A DNA stretch of 64,000 nt, taken from Hemiscyllium ocellatum. Taxonomy: Eukaryota. Made by a program: the position numbers and the translations under genes. Shown in pieces: positions 53,288 to 64,000 of this stretch. The stretch lies in NCBI RefSeq assembly GCF_020745735.1, contig NC_083408.1, positions 76,228,484 to 76,292,483 on the forward strand, written 5' to 3'. The notes below the pieces were generated by a model. That model saw nothing but the letters and a program-made list of their open reading frames with translations. It ran no database searches and was not told the origin of the DNA. Each line of letters begins with the position of its first letter. Positions within the stretch are counted from its first letter, which is position 1.

Positions 53288-54020
53288 CTGTAAATCTTTT
53301 CTGAACCCTTTCAAGTTTCACAACATCTTTCTGATAGGAAGGAGACCAGAATTGCATGCAATATTCCAAAAGTGGCCTAACCAATGATCTGTACAGCTGC
53401 AACATGAACTCCCAACTCCTGCACTCAATACTCTGACCAATAAACAAAAACATACCAAATGCCTTCTTCACTATTCTATCTACCTGCGACTCCACTTTCA
53501 AGGAGCTATGAACCTGCACTCCAAAGTCTCTTTGTTCAGCAACACTCCCTAGGACTTTACCATTAAGTGTATAAGTCCTGCTAAGATTTGCTTTCCCAAA
53601 ATACAGCACCTTGCATTTATTTGAATTAAACTCCATCTGCCACTTCTCAGCCCACTGGGCCATCTGATCGAGATCCTGTTGTAGTCTGAGGTATCCTTCT
53701 TCACTGTCCACCACACCTCCAATTTTGGTGTCATCTACAAACTTACTAACTGTACCTCTTATGGTCGCATCCAAATCATTTATGCAAATGACAAAAAGTA
53801 GAGGACCCAGCACCAATCCTTGTGGCACTCCACTGGTCACAGGCCTCCAGTCTGAAAACAACCCTCCACCACAACCACCACCCTCTTGCCTTCTACTTTT
53901 GAGCCAGTTCTGTATCCACATGGCCAGTTCTCCCTGTATTCCATGGGAGCTAATCTTGCTAACCAGCCTCCCATGGGGAAACTTGTCGCACGTCTTAATG
54001 AAGTCCATATAGATCTTGTG
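53288..54020 (-). mobile_element. CR1 RT fragment
   Basis: 275-aa ORF with SGVPQG and SKFVDDTKIGG. Confidence 0.92.
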
Positions 54021-54440
54021 CACAGAATTTTCACTCAACTGTTGAGTAGATCATTGCTTATGAGCAATTGCACCAGAGGTTTCCACTAAAGGCACTGCTT
54101 TACTATTTATGCAAAGTTCTGTTTGTAATCTTGAGATGTAATATTAATTTACAATCAGAATTGTTACAATGCAGGAGGAGGCCACTCAGTCCATCATACC
54201 TGCACCAACTCTTCAAAATAACATCATTACAATCTCCTGCCTTTACCCAATATTATTGACACTATTTCTAACCAAATAATCATCCAATACCTTTTCAATG
54301 CTTCAGTTGAACCTGCTTCTACCACATTTCCAGGCAGTCATTCTACACTCTAACTACTTGCTCCTTTTGCACATTACTTTAAATCTATACAATCTATATA
54401 AGTGGCTGGTTAAGTATTGTGTACAAGTTATACATTATCT

Positions 54441-55367
54441 CCTTGCTCTTTTTTATTAATGACTTGGATGAGGGAGTCGAAGGGTGGGTCAGTAAATTTG
54501 CAGATGATACGAAGATTGGTGGAGTTGTGGACAGTGAGGAGGGCTGTTGTCGGCTGCAAAGGGACTTAGATATGATGCAGAGCTGGGCTGAGGAGTGGCA
54601 GATGGAGTTCAACCTTGCCAAGTGTGAGGTTGTCCATTTTGGAAGAACAAATAAGAATGCAGAATACAGGGTTAACGGTAGGGTTCTTAGTCAGGTGGAG
54701 GAACAGAGGGATCTTGGGGTCTATGTACATAGATCTTTGAAAGTCGCCACTCAGGTGGATAGAGCTTGTAAGAAGGCCTATGGTGTATTAGCGTTCATTA
54801 GCAGAGGGATTGAATTCAAGAGTCGTGAAGTGATGTTGCAGCTGTACAGGACTTTGGTTAGGCCACATTTGGAGTTCTGTGTGCAGTTCTGGTCGCCTCA
54901 CTTTAGGAAAGATGTGGAAGCTTTGGAGAGGGTGCAGAGAAGATTTACCAGGATGTTGCCTGGAATGGAGAATAGGTCGTATGAGGATAGGTTGAGAGTT
55001 CTCGGCCTTTTCTCGTTGGAACGGCGAAGGATGAGGGGTGACTTGATAGAGGTTTATAAGATGATCAGAGGAATAGATGGAGTAGACAGTCAGAAACTTT
55101 TTCCTCGGGTACAACAGTGTTACAAGGGGACATAAATTTAAGGTGAAGGGTGGAAGGTATAGGGGAAATGTCAGGGGTGGGTTCTTTACCCAGAGAGTGG
55201 TGGGGGCATGGAATGCGCTGCCCGTGGGAGTGGTAGAGTCAGAATCATTGGCGACCTTTAAGCGGCAATTGGATAGGTACATGGATGGGTGCTTAATCTA
55301 GGATAGATGTTCGGCACAACATCGTGGGCCGAAGGGCCTGTTCTGTGCTGTATTGTTCTATGTTCTA
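54441..55367 (+). mobile_element. Young CR1 3' fragment inserted into an older minus-strand CR1 (about 54160-56170)
   Basis: Uninterrupted frame of about 230 aa (INDLDEG...KFADDTKIGG...PHLEFCVQFWSP). Tail (tgttcta)2. TSD-like TCTATATA at 54393-54400 and 55364-55371. Confidence 0.93.
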
Positions 55368-58300
55368 TATACCCTCTTTCTTGGTCATTTTATGAGCAGG
55401 CACAGTTTCCCCCTATCTACTATACCAGCTCACTCATGATTTTGAAAACGTTGATCAAATCTCTTCTCAGCCTTCTTCTTTTCAAATTTTCTCATTCCTG
55501 GAACCATTCTTGCCAATTGCTTCTGCACCCTCTCCTAGTATTCATTTATTTCTTAAAATGGGGCACTTACAACTGTACACAATATTCCAACTGAGATTTA
55601 ACAAGTGGCTGGTTAGGTATTGTGTACAAGTTATACATTATCACCTTGCTCTTGTACTCTATGCCTGTAAATAAAGCAAATGACACTGCATAATTTATTA
55701 CTTGTTCTATCCACGTGTCATGCCACCTTCAATGATCTGTGCACATTTATACCCAGGACCCTCTGCTCCTGCACCCACTTTAGACATATACCTTCTACTT
55801 TATATTGTCTTTCAATGTTCTTCCAATCATACTGCATCAAATCACATTTCTCTGCATTGAACCTCATTTGTTACCTATACACCCATCCCACCAACTTGTC
55901 AATATCCTTTTGGAGTTCCATAAAGTCTTCCTCACAGCCTACAACTGTTTCAAATTTTGTTTCATCTGCAAACTTTGAAATTGTGCCCTCTACACCAAGA
56001 TTCACGATCATTAACATATTATTAGGAGAAGCAAGGCTCCCAATATCAGCCCCTGGGAACTCCAAATCTTCCGAAAAACATCCATTGACCTTTAGTATCT
56101 GTTTCCTCCTACTCAGCCAATTTTGTACTCATTTTGCTACTGTTTCTGTTATACAATGGCCTATAAAGTACCTGACAATAATGCAAATGAAGCATTCTCA
56201 AAGTAGCTACAGCAATTGTGCTGAAGTCCAAAATAATTTCTTAAAATTTATTTATGGGATGTGGCATTTATTGCCCAATCAGCATGTATTTCCTGTTCCT
56301 AATTGCTCTTAAAATAGTGATGAACTGCCTTCTCAAACCACTGCAATCCACACAATCTTAGGAAATGCACAATACCGTTAGGGAGAAAGTTTGGACCTTC
56401 GTGTTTCATTTACACTCCAGGTTTAGCATTCCATCAAATCAGAGTTAGCTTCTGTGGAAAACACTGCACTCCCTTTATGTATATTTGCTAAGTTAAAAAC
56501 CGGACAGTAGTGCAGGAGTACGCCCATCGAGACGACTGCAGTGGCTCAAGAAGGCAGCTCAGCACAACCTTCTCAAAGGCATAGGAATGGGGAATACATT
56601 CTACCTTTTTTTTCAGGCAAGACACACAACCCACAAAAGAGTGAATGCAATTAGAGTGAATTACAAAAAGTCGAAAAACCCACCACATTTTAGTAGGTAT
56701 TGGAGCTCAAGTGCAGTAACGTTTAAAAATGAAATAATTGGATATTAATATTTAAAACATTTGAACAGTGCCTGGTGCTTCACAAATGTAAATAGTCCAA
56801 AATAATAAGATATAAAAATCAAGTAATTCATGTAGAAAGGACATCTTTATACCATAATTGACAAAGCTTGGATAATATCAACAAAAGAAATGCAACTAAG
56901 AGCTTAAAATTATAATCCCTATTGACAGCAATAAATGTAATGAGAGAAAAATTTCAACAGAAAGAAAATTGCTGGGCAAGATTTCACTTTAAAAGCTTTA
57001 TTGTTGCAAACCAACAGAATAAAAACAATTTTAAACTTTAGTTAACAAATGATGGAAAATTCAAAAAAGGGTCAATTTCACTTTGAATACTTGATACAGG
57101 CTTATGCCTCACATAATTAAAAGCACTTACTTGCTACACAAATATAGCATCACATGCAATCTCTGTCTTTACAAGCCAGCCTTTGTTTGTTGGACATCTC
57201 AACAGCCAACCATCAATTTTAGCCCTCAGTTGTACTCATTGGTAACCATAATCCATCCGAGACACAGTTATAAGCCACGAGGCACAGGTTTACAAATCTT
57301 CTCTCACTCAGGTCATAGCCATTCTGACAGGACAGGATCTCTAGACGGTCCCTTCTCCAACTTCATTGAAGATCACAGTGGGATCTGGCACTACTTCAGC
57401 AGCAGCAATCAATATTGTCCAAGCCACAATCCCTTGGTCTTCCTGTCTTCAATGTTTTGTCCTTTCCAACTGCACATTGTAACATTCTCAGAGACCTGCT
57501 TCAGCTCAGGAACTGTTTGAAGACTGCCAAACAAAAAATTGTTCCACTCAAAAATGCTTATTGGTTTGCTGTTTGCATATATTCTCAGTGTTGTAAACTG
57601 CTGCACAGAAAAAAAGACTGAAACTCAGCCCCACTGTAGTTATCTTTCTATACATCCTTTGCTTCTTAGCTGCTCACATTCAAATAATAATGGACATTTC
57701 TCAGAATCCAAACAATGGTAGAATCAGGAAACCAACAAACCCTTTTTCAAAATCTATTTTCTTATTAAAGACACAACACACAAAAAAATACAAGTTTTCC
57801 CAGCACTAAGACATCAGTGTTCATGCATACTAGCAGACCGATTTGAAAGGTCTGCCAGAAAAAAAGGACACAGTAGTCAGAACTGATCTAGCAGAATCAA
57901 AGCGCTTCTCTATTTAAACTAAGGAGATGACTATGCAGAAGGACATTTGTTGGGATCAGGCAAGAGAAAGTTGAAAACAACAAGAAAAAAGTAAAATATA
58001 TATAAAGTAAATTTATAGACTCCACTTCTGTAAATGTGATGCAAGTATAATCTCATCGTGTAGTGGCATTGAACTATTGGTACCGACACTGCAAACTAGC
58101 TAATTCTCTCTCTTCCTCTGGGATCAGTTGCAAAGATGATCCAAATGACCAACTCTAAAAGAAATGCTCATTGGCCAAAATTAAAACTGTCCAAACAGGG
58201 TTACTTGCACAGTACAATTATAGAATCGCCAAAGTTCAACCACCATACCATAACCCACCAACATTTTATGTTCTGTTGCCTTCTCTGGGATTTTGTCCTG

Positions 58301-59679
58301 AGGAATACTAGATGCCACATGGGAAGTGGAATTAGTTGTGCTTGAGTTAGTCCTTGAATTTTCTGGCACTACAGTTAGGTGCTGTGGTTAGCAAAGAGGA
58401 GATTTTGGTCATTGGAGGATTCCTTTTTGTCTGTAAAGAGAAGAGGGAGGTCATAGCATCCCAAGTCCAGTTCTAAAAAAAATCTACTCTGCAATCAGTA
58501 ACTACGGGATTGGGTTTTCACAGTTGTCTCTAAATTTTTACACGTGTATGTGGAATTTCATGATTTACTTGTATACAGAAAGAGAATACTGAGAATGATA
58601 GGAGGATACAAGGTACTGTGGGTACAAGAGCAGATCAGAGGTTAGTAATCCTGCAATGAATAACTCTCATAATGACATGCCCAAAGCACACCCACCATCT
58701 ACAAAGCACAGTGAGGAATGCAGCAGGAAAAAAAATCCCACCCCAAAGCAAAGAATAAGTTATAGATTCTAACTTTTTTTTATTTTATGTGGTGTCTGCA
58801 TCGATATTTGGAAACATATTGTTTAATTTTTATCAGCTCTAAAATATTATAACCTTTAGTGGTTCAAGTTTGATCTTCAATTCTTGATGGACTGCAAGTG
58901 ACAAGCAGTTTAAATAATTGAACAATAACTACTTAGCAACAGTGCAAAATTATGAGACAAACTCTCCTCAGAATAAAAAAAAACTATCAATGCAGGTTCT
59001 AAGATTTAAAATGTATTTCCCAATCTGTATTCTGCAGCAACTGTGACAGCAGCATGCTAGTTAATTGTGTATGGTACTGAAATAGCAGAAATCTTGAAAA
59101 TATGAGGAAACAAAATATTTGACCATAAGTAGTTTGTAAATTGTTCTTTTAGATCAATCTGTATTTATTTTAATACCTTTAAACTTGTTCTAGTGGAGAA
59201 AGCAACTCAAGTTAACAGACAGAAGTAATATGAAATAACGTTGGCAGTGCCACCTGGAGTTGAAAGAATGAATCGGCAAAGGAGATTCATTGTATTACAC
59301 ATTCAACATGATCAAGCATTAGTTTCACATTATGAAGTAATAATGACTTGGAATAAGTATGAAAAGGAATGTGTTTGCAGTCACAAGCTCTTTAATATTA
59401 TTATAATTAGGTAGTTCTGCAGTAAACATAGCTTAAGCTGTCCCTAGCATTTTGAAATTTACAGTGGAAGATCTACAAGCTTTTAAAAAAAACGTTAGGA
59501 AAAATTAGAAGAGAATGTCAATTTTCTGGAGTGCAACAATAACACAGGCCTAAACTTAACTGAAGTTGTTTAACATTATAGATAACAAACTACCCAACTT
59601 CAGTTAACATTTAAAATTCCAATATCATCTCCTCTTGTCTGAAACCAGCATTAAACATTATTTTGTCATTTTGTTTTTA

Positions 59680-62600
59680 CTGCTCATTATGGGAGTCACT
59701 CGTTCATCCCTGGTAGATCATCACTACTATCACCTTCTTGATCAGCAGCAGTTCATTTGCTGTAGGTGGACTCACAATGCCGTTAGGGATGGAGTTCCAG
59801 GCTTTTAACCCATTGCAAGTGAAGGAACAGTGACACATTTCCAAGTTAGAATAATAAGTGGCTTGATGAGCAACTTACAGATGATGGTGTTCTCATGTAT
59901 CTACTGCCCATATCCTTCTAGATAGCAGTGGTCATGCACTTGAAAGGTCCTGTCTTAAACAGCCTTGGCGAATTCTCCTAGTGCATCATATATGTATGGC
60001 TGCTGAGTTTTGGTAATGTCAGAAGTGCATGTTTGTGGATGTATTGCTAATCAAGCCAGATGTTTTTTCCTGAATGTTGTTAAGCTTCTTGCGTGTTGTT
60101 GGAGCTGTACTCAACCAGGTAAATTGAATATTCCTGACCTGTGCCTTGTAGAAGATGGATGTGCTTTAGGGAGCTATTTTGAGAGCAACTTACTGCAGGA
60201 TTTCTAGTACCATATCTGGTCTTGTATCTGAAGTATTTACATGGCTAGTCCAATTTAATTTCAAGTCAGTGGGAACCCCCAAGATATAGGCATTGGGATT
60301 CAGCAATGGTAATTGAATATCAAGGGCTGATGGTTGGATTTTCTCTTTTTGAATGGTCATTGCCTGACAGTGTGTGGCATGAAAGTTACTTGTAAACTCA
60401 AGTGTTGATACTGTTGCATTTGGATATAGATTTCTCCAGTATGTGAAGAGTCATGAACAGTGCTAAACATTGTGCAATCAGCAGCAAACATCCCCACCTC
60501 TGGCCTTATGATGGAGAGAAAGTTACAGATGAAGCAACTGAAGATAGTTGGGTTTAAAAGCTGAGGAACTCCTGCATAGATATTGTGACCTCATACAATC
60601 ATCATTGTGCTAAGTTTGACTCCAACCAGCTGAGTGTTTTACCTCCATTCCCATTGACCCATGTTTTGCAAGGGCTCTTTGATGCCACACTCAGTCAAAT
60701 GCAGCCTTGAAGTGAAGAGCAGTCATTCTCACTTCACCTCTGGAATTCAATTCTTTTGACCTATTTGAATTAAGGCTTTAATGTGGTCAGGAGGGGAGTG
60801 GCTCTGGTGGAACCCAAATTGAGTGTTATGAGCAGGTTATTGCTGTAGAAGTCTACTGTTGATGACACAACATTTTTCTGCAATTGAGAGTAGACTGATA
60901 AGGTGATAATTAATAGAGTTGGAGTTGTCCTACTTTGTGTGCAGGAAATACCTGGGCAACTCTTTACATCGTCAGGCGAATGCGTGATGTAAGCGCACTA
61001 GAACACAGTTGAAAAATGTGCTGGAAAAACACAGCAGGCCAGGCAGCATCCGAGGAGCGGGAGAATCGACATTTCGGGCATAAGCCCTTCTTCAGGAACG
61101 AGGCTGGTGTGTCAAGAGGGCTGAGATAAAGGGTAGGGGGGAGGGAATTTGGGGGAGGGGTGCTGGGAATACAACTGGTGGAAGGAGATGAGGGCGATAG
61201 GCCAGAGAGGAAGTGGGGGCAGAGAGGTTGGGAAGAAGATTGCAGGTCAAGAAGGCGGTGCTGAAGCCAGGGGTTGGGGCTGAGATAAGGTGGGGGGCGG
61301 GGAAATGAGGAAGCTGGATAAATCTACATTCAAGGCACTAGAACACCGTCTGGTTTGAGATGTGGCAAGTGCTGGACACACATCCTCAGTACTATTGCCA
61401 GAATGTTGTCAGAACATATACCCTTTGCAACATCAAATGTTCCAGCTGTTTCACAACAACACATGGAGCAAATTGATTTGGCTGAAGACTGGCATCAGCA
61501 ATGCTGGTGACATCTGGAAAAGAGGCAGAGTTGAATCATCCACTTGACATTTGCAGCTGATCCTTGTCACAAATGTTTCAGCCTTATCTTTTTGATATAA
61601 CATTGAGGACAAGGATCACTCCCTCCTCCAGTGATTTAACCGTATGCCATAATTCATTCCTGGATGCAGCAGGACTGCAGAGCTTAGGCCTGATCCGTTG
61701 ATGGTGGAATCGTTTAGCCCTAATATTTGCTGCTTCTGCTATTTAAAACACAGAGGCAGTTCTATTTTGTAGTTTCACCAGGTTGGCACCTCATTTTTAG
61801 GTACATGAGGGAAATGTCAGGCCTTCAGGTTGCAGATTATGTTTAAGTATAATTTTGCTGCCACTAATGGCTCACAGTAAATCATGCCCAACCTCAAGTT
61901 GTTTGTTTATCTCATTTAGTACAGTGATAATGCCACACAACATGATGGAGTCGTCGTTCAATGAAAAAATGGGACTTTGTCTCACCAAAGAATGTGCAGT
62001 TGTCACTCTTATACTGTCATGGACAAATGCATTTGCAGCAGGCAGACTGGTGAGGGTAAGGTCAAGTACATCTTTTCCACCATCTTCTGCAGGTTTAATC
62101 TTGCAGCTGCGTCCTTTAGAATTCAACCAGATTAATCAGCAATGATGCTGCCGAGCTACTCTTCATGGTGCACAAATTTTCCACCCAGAGTACATTCTGT
62201 ATCACTGTCACCCTCCATACTTGTTCAAGGTGGTGTTCAATGTGGAGGAGTACTGGTTCATCAGTTGAGGCGGGCTGTACATGGTAAACAGCAGGCAATT
62301 ACCTTGCCCATTTCTGATCCAATGTCATGAGACTTCATAGGATTCACAGTCCATGTTGAAGGGTCCCTGGGCAAATCACTCCCTGCTGTATATCACAGTG
62401 CCATTGCAACTGCTGTTTTTTGTCAAGCCAGTGGAACAGGACATATCCATGGATGATGATATTGTTGTTTGGGTCATTGTGGAAGGTAAGACTCTTGAGT
62501 ATGGCTATACCAGTCAGTAGTTCAACTAGTCTGCAAGGCAGTTTTCCAAATTTTACCACTTACTCCTAAACGTCGGTAAGGAAGACTTTACAGGATTGAT

Positions 62601-62972
62601 GAGGCTGAGTTTGATGTTGTTGCTTCCAGCACTTAGGTTGATGCCATTGGTTTGATTTCCTTTTGAGACATCCTAGCAGTTGATACAATTGTCTGGCTTG
62701 GTATGCCTTTTTAGAGATTAGTTAAGAGTCAAACACATTGCTTTGGCAATGGAGTTACAGGTAGGTCAGACCAATAGGAACTACAGTTTTCCATCCCTAA
62801 AGGACTTTAATGAATAAGATTGAGATATACACAAATCGATATTAGATTCGTGGTCATTTGACTTCTAATTTAAGATTTTTATTAAATTTAAAACTGAACC
62901 TAGGTCCCTAGAACATTCCCTGGGTCTCTGTATTATGAGTCCAGTAATAATATCACTACATCAGTGCCTACC
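59680..62972 (-). mobile_element. Near-full-length decayed CR1-superfamily (L2/Crack-like) LINE with a tRNA/SINE-like 5' end
   Basis: AP-endonuclease remnants (IHGYVLFH, VLLHIEHHLE..QNVLWV, VLDLTLTSLPA..HDSI), an RT region and a 3' tail. Other pieces of this family lie near 17385-17740, 23410-23580, 30940-31390, 42840-43340, 47810-48420 and 63040-63310. Confidence 0.72.
61007..61334 (-). mobile_element. Truncated PLE 3' end with a 12-bp TSD and a hammerhead core
   Basis: TSD GCACTAGAACAC at 60995-61006 and 61335-61346. Minus-strand CTGAAGA-a-gggc(ttat)gccc-GAAA-tGTC at 61068-61095. Confidence 0.82.
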
Positions 62973-64000
62973 AAAGGCAGTGCAAGCACTAATCTAATGG
63001 TGGCTACTTCATCAATGACTTTCCCTCTGTCAGAAGGTCAGAGATGGCAATGTTCACTGATGATTGCATGATGTCCAGCATCATTCGCAACTCCTCAGAT
63101 GCTGAAGCAGTTCATGCCTGAACACAGCAAGTCCTGGACCACATCCATGTTTGTGCTGAAAGGTGGTAAGTAATATTCACATCAAACAAATGCAAGGCAA
63201 TTAACATCTCTAACAAGAGAATCTAACCATCATCCTGAGACATTCAATGACATTACCATCACTGAATTGTCCACTATCAACATGCTGGAAGCTAACCATT
63301 GATCAGAAGCAGCTGAAGGTGTTTGGTTCGAGGACACTATCCTGAGGAACTCAGAGTTAAGAGTTCTACAACACAGAAATAGGTCCTTTGCCCCTTCAGG
63401 TCTGTGCTGGTCAGAACAACCATCTATTCATCTTATCTCAATTTTTTAACACTTAGCCCATAAGCCTTATATGGTTTGGCATTGCAAATGCACATCTAAA
63501 TACTTCTTAAATATTATGAGGGTTTCACATCTAAAAAACAGTTTTTGTCGCACCCGGTGAATCTTCTGCCCTTTTAACTTAAATTGATTCCCCTGTTTAT
63601 TGTTTCCTATTTCACCTCACACTTTACAGTTATTTGAAAAGGAAAAGAATAAATAGAGTGAGCTTTTATCCTCGAAGAAAAGTCTGCGGAGTTCATAATG
63701 ACAAATAAGTAAATGGTAAATAAATTAAAAAGATATTTTATATCTGTTTTGATGCAGACGGCACAAATAGCATCCCAGAAATAATTGTAAATCAGCATAA
63801 AAATGTGAAGGAGGAACTTAAAATATTAAAGTAGGGAAAGGGTACTCACAAAATTACTAGAACTAAAAAGTAATAAGTAGCTGCTGAGATAATAAATGCA
63901 TTGGTGTTAATTTTCCAAGATTCTACAGATTTCCACATGGACCACTCTGAAAAGAAAATCCATGAAGATCACAAACTTGAGAGATTGGGTGCATTATCAG

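Overview
Vertebrate genomic DNA, almost certainly from a shark (cartilaginous fish), judged by HE1/V-SINE-type SINEs, HER1/CR1 LINEs and shark-type Penelope-like elements (PLEs). Two genes lie in tandem on the minus strand. The first is the 3' half of COA8/APOPT1 (exons 3-5 at 49376-49439, 46504-46594 and 45573-45675, all missed by the ORF track). The second is the 5' part of KLC1 (CpG-island promoter and non-coding exon 1 near 39.2 kb; coding exons at 11665-11925, 7213-7443 and 5392-5470; the gene runs off the left edge). Most of the rest is decayed retroelements: many CR1 LINE pieces, a second CR1-superfamily (L2/Crack-like) LINE, tRNA-derived SINEs, probable solo LTRs and PLE remnants. The most notable observations are: (1) COA8 exon 4 can splice in frame onto KLC1 exon 2; (2) at least four sequence families of PLE-derived inserts carry minimal hammerhead ribozyme cores, several as foldback elements with clear 9-15 bp target-site duplications (TSDs), one just downstream of the COA8 stop codon; (3) an apparently ORF1-less LINE has a tRNA/SINE-type head as its 5' end; (4) a locally templated inverted duplication sits beside the KLC1 promoter; (5) a 51-bp templated filler sits at a young CR1 5' junction. 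Repeat boundaries are approximate, and family names come from recognition, not from database searches.
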